A stretch of DNA of 64,000 bases from Nitrospirota bacterium (GTDB taxonomy: Bacteria; Nitrospirota; UBA9217), in contig CAWFSF010000006.1 in the NCBI GenBank assembly GCA_963818475.1, positions 1,984,001-2,048,000 on the forward strand. Direction: 5' to 3'. Below the pieces are notes generated by a model that saw nothing but the letters and a program-made list of their open reading frames with translations, ran no database searches and was not told the DNA's origin. This document shows positions 23,216-34,950 of this stretch, piece after piece. Both the position numbers and the translations under genes were made by a program. Every line of letters starts with the position of its first letter. Within the stretch, counting starts at the first letter, position 1.

Positions 23216-24732
23216 GCATCCTCCTTCTGCGGTTCCAGTTTCTGGATCTCCTCATTCAATTTCTTCAATTTGTGCAGCACAGGCCCCTCAGCTTTCACGA
23301 GAGCACGGATAGCCCAAGCATCGCCCATGGAGACAGAGGCACGGTGCAGTTTCCAGGCTTTCAGCAAGGTGTCCCTGACGGATTTCAGCCACTGGTGCCG
23401 AATATCTTCGGAATCCCGGTCGGGAGTGTATTCGCGCAGGATCTGATGAAAGCTGAATTCCAGGGTGGACCAGTACCAGGGGATCGCCGGCATCTGTTCC
23501 ATAAATCCCTTGATATCCTTGCCGTCTGGCGGTCGTTCCCCTCGACTCAGAAGATCTCGTGCAAAAGAACGGCAGGCTGACCAGAGGGATTTTTGAGCAT
23601 TCTCTGCATCGATGAGGAGTTGCCGGATCTCCGTCCGGATGAAGCGGTCTCCTGACAAAGCCTTCGGCAGAGCAAAGAGTTCCATACGCCAGTACTCGAT
23701 CTTGGCCTTGTTGTTTACCTGACCGAGAACCATCACTGATCCTGGAAATCGGCTCCGGTCCGACCTGGTCAATGCCGTCGCGTGCTCGATCACCTGAGGC
23801 GCAAGATGCGATTCGTCAGGAAGGAGAGAGTCAAAGTCTCGCCAAAAACCTCGGTTGCGGAACTTGATAGGCAGCTTTCCCCTTGTATCGTCGACCCGGT
23901 AGCCAAGCATTGGGTCGGTCTGATCCGGGGATGAGTTTCCAACTCCAGAGGCGAAAGCAAGTTTCCCGATCCGGCCTGAATCATTTGCCTCCAGACGGAT
24001 GGAGCGAATCCTCCAAGTGTAACGGTCGGCAAGCCCACTTGCTCTACGCTCCACTCCCGCTTTCAAACTCTCCACCGAATCCGGGCATCTCTCCCATAGA
24101 GGATTGTCGGCAGCAATGATTTGCCGATTCTGGGGAACCAGGGAAAGCAGAAGGGTGTCTTGGAGATTGTCCCCAAGAGGCAGGGCCATCACCGCTGTTG
24201 CAGAGGGTGCTGTACCGGTGTGCGATAGTTCGCTTTTACCGCAGCTTACCGAAAAGGTCTGAGTGGCCAGGATCCAGCGGGTTGCCGCAGCCGCGGAAAT
24301 TACGCCTGGTGCTTCGATGTCCACGTGGTCGAAGAGAACCTTGGCATTGTCGGCATTATGCTCGGCAGCAAGAACCGTCCAGGCTCTCCAGGTTTTCGGC
24401 TCAAATGTTGGAATTTGTCCAAACGGATACTTCTCATCGAACAACCAGAACCGATCCCGCCACTTTTCCAGGTAGGCTGTGATTTTTTCGACTGGAAACC
24501 CTGCCTTGAACAAAGCCTTGGCTTGATCGATGTCGGTCGGTCCTTCCAGGGCGCGGTACAGGACTGCAAGCAGAAAGCGATGCAGGGCCGCCACTACCAG
24601 CGGCGACGGATCCTCAATTGCGGCAATTTCCTCAGATCGCAGCAGGGTCTCGCGGATGCCCAGTTCGCCGCGGACTCCGTCAGGGAATCGCACCGGAATC
24701 CATTTCTCGTCAATCAGGTTGAATCGGCTCAT
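23212..24732 (-). CDS. cse1: Cse1/Cas8e large subunit
   Basis: FNLIDEKWIPV, RFWLFDEKYPFGQ, LFDH, WRDFDSLL. Confidence 0.95.
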   Translation of the reverse strand: MSRFNLIDEKWIPVRFPDGVRGELGIRETLLRSEEIAAIEDPSPLVVAALHRFLLAVLYRALEGPTDIDQAKALFKAGFPVEKITAYLEKWRDRFWLFDEKYPFGQIPTFEPKTWRAWTVLAAEHNADNAKVLFDHVDIEAPGVISAAAATRWILATQTFSVSCGKSELSHTGTAPSATAVMALPLGDNLQDTLLLSLVPQNRQIIAADNPLWERCPDSVESLKAGVERRASGLADRYTWRIRSIRLEANDSGRIGKLAFASGVGNSSPDQTDPMLGYRVDDTRGKLPIKFRNRGFWRDFDSLLPDESHLAPQVIEHATALTRSDRSRFPGSVMVLGQVNNKAKIEYWRMELFALPKALSGDRFIRTEIRQLLIDAENAQKSLWSACRSFARDLLSRGERPPDGKDIKGFMEQMPAIPWYWSTLEFSFHQILREYTPDRDSEDIRHQWLKSVRDTLLKAWKLHRASVSMGDAWAIRALVKAEGPVLHKLKKLNEEIQKLEPQKEDA

Positions 24733-27391
24733 TCGGCCTCCTTTGATTCGTAAACCAGTCCCAGGTCGTCATCCAGGCGCACCATCGCATCCTCCGTCCA
24801 GCGGCCCTCCGCGTTCAGCACCAGCGGGAAACAATTGCGCAAGAGCGGCGATTTCTTCCAGCCTTCCGGTACACCCAGCTTCTGAAGTTTCTTGACCACA
24901 CCCTTTCGCGAAAGACTCATGGCCCGCAGGAACCACTGTTTGGCCTGGGCGAAATCCGGCGTTGCTTCAGGACCGAATCCATCTTCCGGCAATAACGGAA
25001 TAGCGACGATCGAGTCTTCACCAAGTCTGGTCTGGGCCATGAGGGTTCGATGCACACCGGGTTCATCTTCGTCGTAAAGAACGAATCTCGCCGGATCGTT
25101 CCACGATGCGTCGTCGGGAAAGCCAATGATCGCCTGGTTCGCCTGCCCCTTGTGGGCAAGGTCTTCTCCGTCTTCGTGCCACCAAGGCTTTCTCCAGTCG
25201 CTCCTGCAGGGATTCCGGCACATCCACCTGCTCTTCGTACACCGCTTGCACCAAGCTGTCGATTTCGTCCGGCAGCATCAGATTGCTCTGCCGCTCGCGA
25301 AGCAGACACCATGTGCGCAAGAGCAGGTCTTCGCGGTACACCGTCCCCCACCATAACGGCTTTCCGAATGACGGCGGCTCGTCGCCGGTCAGTCCCGCCA
25401 CCAGGAGGATCGGCTCGGAAACAGGTCTGGAGTCCCGCGCATGCCGCCACAAGCGCCCCGCTCGCTGGAGCACGAGGTCAATGGGCGCGAGGTCGGTTAC
25501 GATCAGGTCGAAGTCGAGATCAAGGCTCTGCTCCGCCACTTGGGTGGCAATGAGGATTTTTCGGCCGTCCCGATTTCCACCCTCACCGAAAGGTCTCCAA
25601 GGCCTGGTCCTCGCGCTTCTGCCGCCGGTCAGCCGGAAAACGGGCGTGGAAGAGAAACACTTCCGTCCCATCGGACAGACGCTTGCCGACACGCTGGCCT
25701 TCGCGTTCCAGAGGCTCACCCTCGGGAAAAAGCCGGTACAAGTTCTTGGGCGCGCTGCACCGTATTGACAAGCGCCAGCCCCATTCCGCCACTGGCAGAT
25801 GCTCCTCCAAAGCAGAGCGCATGCCGGCAGATCCGGGGGAATTCCCTGCAACGCAAGAGTCAGGCGGCGCGCAGGATCGGCCTCGAAATGTATTTGATCC
25901 ACCTTTCACCGGGACAGAATACGGAAAGGCGCGGATATTCCTACCTCTTGTTCCGGCAAGTCGGCGTTCACCACTCCTGCCAACTTGCGCCGAATGGAAG
26001 GCGGCAGGGTCGCCGAGAGAAGCACCACCGACGAGCCCAGCGCCAGAAGCCAGCGCAGCAGGTGAACCAGGAGCGTGCCCGTGTAGGCATCGTATGCGTG
26101 GATCTCGTCGAAGACCACCACCCGGTTCGCAAGCCCCCACAGCCGCACAAAGTTGTGCCGCACGGGCAGAATGGGCAGCAGAGCCTGGTCCACCGTTCCC
26201 ACACCGTATTCCGAAAGGAGCGCCCGCTTCTTGTGGGTGAACCATTCTCCTGCGCGAATCTCGCCGCCTGTTTCGGAATCGTGAATGCCCGAAAGACGCA
26301 GATTCTGGAAGGTGTCGTTAAGCAGCGTCGCTCCGTGCAACAGTTGCAGGTCGAGCTTTCGATTCGTTCCCTGGCTCGCGCAAAAACTTGAGGGTTCGCT
26401 TGAACATGGCATTTCCGGTGGCCTTGGTCGGCAGGGCCACATACAAGCCACGATGCCCGAAACGTCGCTGCATTTCCAGATGCGCAAAGAAGGCCGCCTC
26501 GGTCTTGCCCTCGCCCATGGGAGCTTCGACCAGGAGAATGGCGGGCTCCTTCAAATCAGCCAAGAGCATCGGCAACCGCCTGCTGCAAGGGGCGGGGAGC
26601 GAAACCAAATACCTGCTCGAAGGACTTTGGCTCTGAGGAAAGCGGGGTTCGGGGTTCCCATCCGATGGCGTCCAGGGCTTGTTCGGCAATGGCTCTGCGC
26701 TTTTGAAACCATCCCTGCAAGATCATCGCAGTCCTCGGAGGTACCAAAGGGGAACCAATCTTCGTTGGAGCCAATCCAGTCGGCAAAGCTCGTGAGTCCC
26801 GACAACAGCATGAATTCGGGGCCGGAAAGAGTCTGTTTGACGGGAATCTTGCCTGGTTTGAAGACCTCCAGCAAATCATCCACGAGATCTCGACGAGCTT
26901 GCGCCCAGTCATCACTGCCAATGGCACGCCTGTCTCCCTTCAGGTTATCGAGAGTGCTCGGAGAAGCACGGCTCCCATGGTGACATCCCACCGCATCGGC
27001 CACCAAGTCGGCCAATTCATCAGGCCAGCCCTTTCCTGCAATAGCTCCGCCAGAGCAATCTGGCTCACGAAAGCGTGGTTGATCTTCGGTATTTGGACTT
27101 CGAGGCAGATTGCAGCCCTGTCAGGGAGCTTCCGGCCACTTACATTGGAAACCCGGACAGGCCTTTCCCAGATCATGGCAGGCAACCACAAGCAAGATCC
27201 AGGGTCGCGCATCTTCCCAATCCATCCCCAAGCATTGCTGCCATCCTTATGCGAGTAGATTCCGGTTCACGAGCCAGGATGGCGTCCGCACTGGCAGCCA
27301 CATCCAGCATGTGGAGAATCAGGGGATGCCACGCGGTTTTATCAACCTTGGACGTTTTCGCCCAAAGGTTGGCGTAAGTTTTATCCATCAT
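24729..27391 (-). CDS. cas3: Cas3 HD nuclease-helicase, broken into many frames
   Basis: WAKT...[67 protein letters not shown] distributed over at least seven ORF fragments. Confidence 0.9.
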
Positions 27392-27948
27392 CTTTTCATC
27401 ATCTCCAACCATATCCTCGCCACCAATCTCGCGTCGTCAAGTGCACGGTGGCGCATGGTTTGCTCGGGTATTCTGCCGAACAAATGCCGGTAGACAGTTT
27501 CAAGTTTGTGATTCCGCAGCTTCGGATACAGTCTCCTGCTCAATTCCAGCGTGCAGTGACAAGGATTCGTCAGCCCCATGCCGAGCCGCAGGAATTCATG
27601 GCTGATGAATCCCATGTCGAATCTCGCGTTATGGGCCACCAACGCACAGTCCGCAATGAACTTCCTGAATTCCGGCATGACCTCGTCCGCTCTCGGTTTA
27701 CCAAGCAGCATCTCTTCGCTAATTCCGTGCACCTGTTGCGCCGCCCAATGAATCCGCTCTTTCACATTGATGAGACAATGAAATTCCTCGCAAAGATTCA
27801 TCCCTTCCACCGCAACCGCGCCGATTTCGATGATCCGATCTCCACGCGTTGTCGAAAGTCCGGTTGTTTCCACGTCGACGGCGATGAATCGCCCCGCAGC
27901 TCTCGTGCACCTATCTCCCTCATCATCTTTTACGGTTTTTCGTCTCAT
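27388..27948 (-). CDS. Stand-alone DnaQ-like DEDDh 3'-5' exonuclease
   Basis: ExoI DVETTG, ExoII AHNARFD, ExoIII HRALDDA; stop overlaps the cas3 start (ATGA). Confidence 0.92.
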   Translation of the reverse strand: MRRKTVKDDEGDRCTRAAGRFIAVDVETTGLSTTRGDRIIEIGAVAVEGMNLCEEFHCLINVKERIHWAAQQVHGISEEMLLGKPRADEVMPEFRKFIADCALVAHNARFDMGFISHEFLRLGMGLTNPCHCTLELSRRLYPKLRNHKLETVYRHLFGRIPEQTMRHRALDDARLVARIWLEMMKR

Positions 27949-28061
27949 ATCCTACCAAATGCCAGGCTCAAAACGTGAGCCTGCGAAAAAGAATTTGGAG
28001 AATTGCACTTCGAGAAAAGACTGCCATCTGCCGGCAAGTCTTCACAGCAGTTGTTGGGAGA

Positions 28062-28111
28062 ATTATAGAGTATGCCGCGTTACCTGTCACCTGTCAGAAG
28101 TGACAGGGTAA
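28062..28111 (-). promoter_or_regulatory. Putative promoter of the exonuclease-cas operon overlapped by an inverted repeat
   Basis: Minus strand GTGACA(28085-90)-N17-TATAAT(28062-67); inverted repeat TTACCTGTCAC-N9-GTGACAGGGTAA at 28080..28111. Confidence 0.65.
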
Positions 28112-28167
28112 GATCAGGCGGGTGAATGCGACAACAAAGGCAATTTCTCAGGCTGTAGCGCAGACAT

Positions 28168-29158
<991 letters not shown>

Positions 29159-29309
29159 GGGCCTCCATTCCTGAAATGCCTTTGAGCTCAGTTCTGGAAG
29201 AGGCTATCAGATGGAGCGGGAAATAGCAATACCCCGAAAATACCCCGCTATGCCGCGAGACATACCAAGATTCAAATTGACTCTCTTCACTAAAAAGGTT
29301 AATTTGACG

Positions 29310-30100
29310 ATGATGAAACAGCCGTTGAAATATACAAGCTCCTCCCCAAAACGAACTGCGGCAAATGCGGCACCACGAGCTGCTTCGGCTTCGCCGCCAG
29401 ACTGGCCTCTCACCAGGCCTCTCCTGACGACTGCCCGGCCATGACCGCCTCGGCCCGTGAAGCGCTGAAAGAAGCTGATGCGAACAGGAGCGCATCGCCG
29501 GGGACCGTGTACGAGCAGGCGCTCCGGTCGCTGCAGCCGAAGATCCAGGCACTGGACTTCCGGAAGACTGCAGCCCTCTTCGGCGCCACACTCACCGGCC
29601 CTGACAGCCTTGAGCTGACGTTCCTGAACGAGCAGTACCATATTACGAAAGAGAAGATAACCAACCCGTCCGGAGCAGAACCGCGCCCCTGGATCTCGAT
29701 CCTGATCTACAATCATCTCTGCATGCCCGATCCGCCCGCGCCCGCAGGCGAATGGATAACCTTCAGTTCGATACCCGCGTCCCATGCAAAGGACAAGGCC
29801 TGGGCAGGCCATGTCGAAGACGTGATCGCCAAACAGTTTGCGGGGAACGTTGCCGCCTTAAAGACAGCCTGCGAAAAGTTCGGCGGTGTGCCCAGTGAGT
29901 TCAGCGGCAGCCATGACGCGGCATACGAGTTCCGGTTCTTTCCTCACTATCCGGCGCTGCTGTTATTCTACGATGCTGTTGCAGAAGAGAATTTCCCTGC
30001 CCAGTGCAAACTGCTGCTCGACAGGACTGCGCCGCGCTATCTGGATATCGAGTCTATCGTGGTGTTGGGAGAGGAGTTTGCGGGGAGATTAACGGGGTGA
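29310..30100 (+). CDS. Fe-S-binding (CxxCx4C...CP) plus DUF3786-like protein; apparent 1-nt deletion just after the start
   Basis: Manual translation upstream of ORF 29441: EIYKLLPKTNCGKCGTTSCFGFA...DCP; C-terminal GEWITF, FPAQCKLLLD, LDIES. Confidence 0.75.
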
Positions 30101-30121
30101 TGCGTAGGGAGTTGGACTTCG

Positions 30122-30196
30122 CTGTCATTCTGAGCAACGCGAAGAATCTCGGTTTTAGCAATTAGTTCAGATCCTTCACTTCGTTCAGGATGACAC
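30122..30196. repeat. Double-hairpin GTCATTCTGAGC...GAAGAATCT / AGATCCTTC...CAGGATGAC element
   Basis: Near reverse-complement copy at 59417..59488; half copy at 30549..30610. Confidence 0.8.
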
Positions 30197-30219
30197 CTCA
30201 AATGCTTTTCAAATAGTCT

Positions 30220-30529
30220 ATTAAAACCATTCAGAGCTCAGATCTTTCCATTCTGGGTATCTTACTGATTCGCAAGTCCGATCTCTGTTGATCTTCGCGC
30301 CATCCTTTTAGATACTGTTTGAATCTCTGCTTATGGTCCCGCCGTTACCATCTGCGATGTTCAGGCAAATAGACGAAGCCGCGTCATATTGTAAGTTGAC
30401 GTAAATCCGGAAACGAGCTTCTGTTTGGAAATGTCTTAGTAGACGCTAGACAAAATCAAGATTATTCGAAAGCTCCTGTGTAAAGAGTTTTCGAGTTGTT
30501 CGTCAGAAATAAACGTAGAATTGCTTCAT
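30220..30529 (-). pseudogene. Degenerate remnant: GIY-YIG-like N-terminus followed by a four-helix-bundle-like segment
   Basis: MKQFYVY/LTNNSKTLYTG (one shift) from 30529; AASSICLNIADGNG at 30341..30382; no intact ORF. Confidence 0.5.
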
Positions 30530-30634
30530 GTCGTTTGTTTCAGTGTCAGATTCTTCGTGGAACTCACCCGCCAGGGAAAGACGAGATTCTTCGCTCCGCT
30601 CAGAATGACGCCGAAAACAATGACAAAGACCTTG

Positions 30635-31394
30635 TCAGCGTTTAACGGCATAAATGAGAAATTCCACATTCCCGTCCTGCCCGGTGATCGGCGATGGAAT
30701 GACGCCTTTAACGTCAAAACCCTGTTCCTGAACAAATGATCGTGATCCTTTCGACCGCCGCCTGCCTCGCCGCCTCATCCCGCACGATGCCGCCTTTGCC
30801 CACCTGCTCCCGCCCAACCTCGAACTGCGGTTTGATGAGCGCAACAAGCTCCGCACCGGGCCTCAGAAATTGCAGAATGGAGGGGATCACTTTTTCGAGC
30901 GAGATGAACGACACATCGATGACCGCGATATCGACCGGCTCCGGGACCAGTGCAGGTTCGATCGCGCGGATGTTCACCCGTTCGATCGTCACAACGCGCG
31001 GGTCCTGCCGGATCTTCCAGGCCATCTGGCCGTAGCCCACATCCACGGCATATACTTTTTTCGCGCCGTGCTGCAGCAGGCAGTCCGTGAACCCGCCGGT
31101 AGAGGCGCCCACATCGAGCGCAACCTTGCCGTCTGCGGACAGTCCGAACTCCTTCAGGGCCGCTGCAAGCTTCAGCCCTCCCCTGCTTACATAGGGAAGG
31201 ACCTCGCCGAGGATACGGATCTCCGCATCTTCCGGCACGAGCGCACCGGCCTTGTCCTGCTTCTGGCCGTTCACCAGGATCTGGCCCGCCAGGATCAAGG
31301 CATGCCCGCGTTCGCGGCTTTCAACGAGGCCGCGGTCGACCAGGAGCCGGTCGATGCGGATTTTTCCCGTCTTCTGTTTTTTTTCATCAGACAT
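30635..31394 (-). CDS. tlyA: TlyA-family rRNA methyltransferase, frameshift near 30735
   Basis: S4 domain, YVSRGGLKL, DVGASTGGFTD, DVSFISL, KPQFE, SPITGQDGNVEF. Confidence 0.92.
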
Positions 31395-31425
31395 GATCAC
31401 CTTTAATTGACCATGCAGCGGCAGC

Positions 31426-31490
31426 TGGCGCAGATGAACGCGGATTATCGCTGATAAAACCAATACAGATTTATCTGCGTCCATGCGTTT
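31426..31490. repeat. 9-mer-period CGCAGAT / ATCTGCG inverted element (degenerate)
   Basis: GCGCAGATGAACGCGGATTATCGCTGAT ... ATCTGCGTCCAT. Confidence 0.55.
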
Positions 31491-31588
31491 TTCAGGATCG
31501 ACACGCACCCGCGATCATAAAAAAAGGCGCCAAGAAATCTTTTAGCGCCTTTTGCGTATCCCATCAGCTCCGTTACTCCGAACTTTTA

Positions 31589-33508
31589 TCATGCATCTTT
31601 GGCTTTTAGGTTCACCACCGGCGGCACTGCCTTGAGCCGGGACTGCATGACGAACTCTCTGACCGAGGCATAGATCCCGTCGGCGTCCAGTCCATACTTT
31701 TTCCGGAGCAGGGCCTGCGTACCGTGCTCGATGTACGAGTCAGGCAACCCGATCCGCAGCGACTTCACGCCGGTCATGCCTGCCGCGTCAAGGCTTTCGA
31801 GCACGGCGCTCCCGAAACCGCCCATCAGCGCATGTTCCTCCACCGTGACCACTCTGCCGGTCTTTTTAGCGACCCGCTGGATCAGTTCCCCGTCGAGCGG
31901 CTTCACGAACCGGGCGTTCACCACTGCTGCCGAGATGCCGTCACCAGCCAGCCGCTTTGCCGCCTCCATCGCAGGGTAGACCATATTGCCGATGGGAATG
32001 ATGGCGACTTCGGTCCCGTCCAGGAGCAGTTCCGCCTTGCCGATTTCAAGCAGTTTCAATTCCTGGTCCATGGGAACGCCGTACCCCGTTCCGCGCGGGT
32101 AGCGCACGGCCGTCGGGCCGGGATATGCGATCGCGGTCTTGATCATATGCTGCAGTTCGTTCTCGTCCTTCGGCGCCATCAGGACCATATTCGGCACATG
32201 GCGCAGGTAGGCGATGTCGAACACGCCATGGTGCGTGGGCCCGTCCTCGCCCACCAGTCCGGCGCGGTCAAGCGCCAGCGTCACCGGAAGGTTCTGGAGG
32301 CAGAGATCGTGCACGATCTGGTCGTAGGCCCGCTGCGTGAAGGTGGAGTAGATGGCCGCCACCGGATGCAGCCCCTCGACCGCAAGGCCGCAGGCGAACG
32401 TGATGCCGTGCGACTCCGCAATGCCTACATCGAAGAACCGGTCCGGGAACTGCTCCGAGAATTTATCGAGCCCCGTGCCTTCAGGCATGGCTGCGGAGAT
32501 CGCCACGATCTTTTCATTGTCCGCCGCAAGCTTGATCATGGTCTGGCCGAAGACATCGGTATAACTGAGCACCGCTGTCTTTTTGCTCGTTTTGCCGGTC
32601 GCGAGATCAAAAGGCGGCGTGCCGTGGTACTGCGACGGGCTGCATTCGGCAAACTCGCAGCCTTTGCCTTTTTTCGTGATCACATGGATAAGCACAGGCC
32701 AGGTGAAGTCTTTGATATTGTTGAAGGTCTGAAGCAGATGCTCGATGTTATGCCCGTCGATGGGACCGACATACTGGAACCCCAGGTCTTCGAACAGCAT
32801 GCCCGGCACCATGAGGCCCTTGATGGATTCCTCGGTCCTTTTGGCAAGGTTGAACATGGCTTCCCCGACCCGGGGGATCCCCTGAAGAAAATGCTTGGTC
32901 TCCCGGCGGAATTTCGTATAGATATTTCCGGTCATCAGCCTGCTGAGATAGGATGAAAGGGCTCCCACGTTCGGCGATATGGACATTTCGTTGTCGTTCA
33001 GGATCACGACCAGGTTCTTCTTCAGATGCCCTGCCTGGTTCATTCCTTCGAAGGCAAGGCCGGCGGAAATGGAACCGTCGCCGATCACGGCGATGACGCG
33101 GTATTCTTCGCCCTTGATGTCCCGTGCCGCCGCCATACCGAGTGCCGCTGATATCGACGTGCTCGCGTGGCCCACATCGAAGTGGTCGCAGGGGCTTTCT
33201 TCGCGTTTGGGGAAACCGCTCATGCCCCCATGCTGCCGCAGCGTCGAGAACTGGGCGCGCCGTCCTGTCAGGATCTTGTGCGCATAGGCCTGATGGCCCA
33301 CGTCCCAGACGATGCGGTCCTTCGGCGTGTCAAAGGCATAGTGCAAGGCGATGGTCAGGTCCACCACGCCGAGGCTGGAAGCCAGGTGGCCGCCGGTCCG
33401 GGACACGACGTTGATGATCTCCTCCCGCACCTCGCCCGCGAGCGTCGGCAGTTCCTCCTGCGAAAGCGTCCTCAGGTCTTGTGCGCTGTTGATGTCATCG
33501 AGAATCAT
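31589..33508 (-). CDS. dxs: 1-deoxy-D-xylulose-5-phosphate synthase
   Basis: [19 protein letters not shown]...[18 protein letters not shown]. Confidence 0.97.
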   Translation of the reverse strand: MILDDINSAQDLRTLSQEELPTLAGEVREEIINVVSRTGGHLASSLGVVDLTIALHYAFDTPKDRIVWDVGHQAYAHKILTGRRAQFSTLRQHGGMSGFPKREESPCDHFDVGHASTSISAALGMAAARDIKGEEYRVIAVIGDGSISAGLAFEGMNQAGHLKKNLVVILNDNEMSISPNVGALSSYLSRLMTGNIYTKFRRETKHFLQGIPRVGEAMFNLAKRTEESIKGLMVPGMLFEDLGFQYVGPIDGHNIEHLLQTFNNIKDFTWPVLIHVITKKGKGCEFAECSPSQYHGTPPFDLATGKTSKKTAVLSYTDVFGQTMIKLAADNEKIVAISAAMPEGTGLDKFSEQFPDRFFDVGIAESHGITFACGLAVEGLHPVAAIYSTFTQRAYDQIVHDLCLQNLPVTLALDRAGLVGEDGPTHHGVFDIAYLRHVPNMVLMAPKDENELQHMIKTAIAYPGPTAVRYPRGTGYGVPMDQELKLLEIGKAELLLDGTEVAIIPIGNMVYPAMEAAKRLAGDGISAAVVNARFVKPLDGELIQRVAKKTGRVVTVEEHALMGGFGSAVLESLDAAGMTGVKSLRIGLPDSYIEHGTQALLRKKYGLDADGIYASVREFVMQSRLKAVPPVVNLKAKDA

Positions 33509-33526
33509 GGTAACCTCGTTCCAGGC

Positions 33527-33622
33527 AAATCCAAATCCGAATATCTAAATACGAGATAAATTTCAAAGTTCAGAATTTCGCAATTGTACTTTAGAGCTTC
33601 TGTGCTTCGCATTTGAATTTGC
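33527..33622. repeat. Degenerate inverted heptamer element (CAAATCC... / ...TTTGAATTTG)
   Basis: 7-bp periodic CAAAT/GAAT units between ispA and dxs. Confidence 0.55.
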
Positions 33623-33624
33623 TT

Positions 33625-34515
33625 TTAATTCACTCTCTGTACAATATATTTCGCCAATTCCCTGAGCGGGTCGGCCTTGCGGTCGAAATCCTTGAGCAGA
33701 TGAACGGCCTTGTCTGCGACTTCCACGGCCCTGCGACGCGACTCTTCCAGTCCGTAGAAGCTCGGGAAGGTCTTTTTGCCTTTTTTGAGATCGCTGCCCA
33801 CGTCCTTGCCGATCTCTTCCTGGGTGCCGGTGAGGTCCAGGATGTCGTCTGCGATCTGGAACGCGAGGCCAACCATCTCACCGTAACGGGAGAGCGCCGC
33901 GAACTGGCGTTTCCCCGCCCGGGCATAGAGCGCGCCGATGCGCACGGACGACCGGATCAGTGCGCCGGTCTTGTGTGTGTGGATGTATTCCAGCGTGGGA
34001 AAATCCACTTCTTTGCCTTCGGACTGGATGTCAACCACCTGGCCGCCCACCATGCCGAAGACGCCTGACGCGGTCGAGAGCTCTTTGATGATCGCCAGCA
34101 TTCTGCCTGCAGGCACTGTTTTCAAGCGCCGGGGATCGGACAGGACCTCGAAGGCCATGTTCAGAAGGCCGTCTCCTGCAAGAATGGCAATGGCCTCTCC
34201 GTACACCTTGTGGCAGGTAGGCCTGCCGCGGCGGAGATCGTCGTCATCCATGGCAGGAAGGTCGTCGTGGATCAGGGAATAGGTATGGATCAGTTCGAGC
34301 GATCCGGCAATGGGAAGCAGGTCGGCGATAGGCACACCCAGCGCTTCAGCGGAAGCAAGGGCCAGTATCGGCCGCACCCGCTTGCCGCCGGCAAAGAGGC
34401 TGTAGCGCATCGCTTCATGCACGACAGGCGGGAACGTTTTCGCAGGCGGCACCAGTTTTTCAAGCGATCTGTCGACGACGACCTTTTTTTTCTGAAGATA
34501 GGCTTTTATATCCAT
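33625..34515 (-). CDS. ispA: Farnesyl/geranylgeranyl diphosphate synthase
   Basis: GGKRVRP, HDDLPAMDDDDLRRG, FQIADD. Confidence 0.95.
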   Translation of the reverse strand: MDIKAYLQKKKVVVDRSLEKLVPPAKTFPPVVHEAMRYSLFAGGKRVRPILALASAEALGVPIADLLPIAGSLELIHTYSLIHDDLPAMDDDDLRRGRPTCHKVYGEAIAILAGDGLLNMAFEVLSDPRRLKTVPAGRMLAIIKELSTASGVFGMVGGQVVDIQSEGKEVDFPTLEYIHTHKTGALIRSSVRIGALYARAGKRQFAALSRYGEMVGLAFQIADDILDLTGTQEEIGKDVGSDLKKGKKTFPSFYGLEESRRRAVEVADKAVHLLKDFDRKADPLRELAKYIVQRVN

Positions 34516-34528
34516 GACCGCGGTGGTG

Positions 34529-34759
34529 TTACTCCTCTTCCTCGTTAAAAGGCTGTGCAACTACGTTCCCCGCCTCATCCTTCAGCAGGATCTCTACGCG
34601 GCGCTCGGCATCCTCCAGCCGGCGGTTGCAGATGCGGGAAAGCTTGATCCCTTCTTCGAAAAGCTTCAGCGACTGTTCCAAAGGAAGGTCCCCCTGCTCA
34701 AGCTCCTTCACGATCTTTTCGAGACGCTCCAGAGAAGTTTCAAACTTCTTTTCCGCCAT
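34529..34759 (-). CDS. xseB: Exodeoxyribonuclease VII small subunit
   Basis: FETSLERLEKIVKELEQGDLPLEQSLKLFEEG. Confidence 0.95.
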   Translation of the reverse strand: MAEKKFETSLERLEKIVKELEQGDLPLEQSLKLFEEGIKLSRICNRRLEDAERRVEILLKDEAGNVVAQPFNEEEE

Positions 34760-34950
34760 GGGGGTTTTTCTCCAAACTCAGGTTCGGCAACGCTTTTATT
34801 ATATACGGACAACCACAGGAAAATCAAGGCGAAATACGACATTCTGAGCAAAAAAGCGATCTTTCATCTATGATTTTCTCTTCCGGAAGGAGATTACGTC
34901 ACGGTGAGGGCAAAAATAAGAACCCGATGTCGCAGGTAAAGACAGGACCG

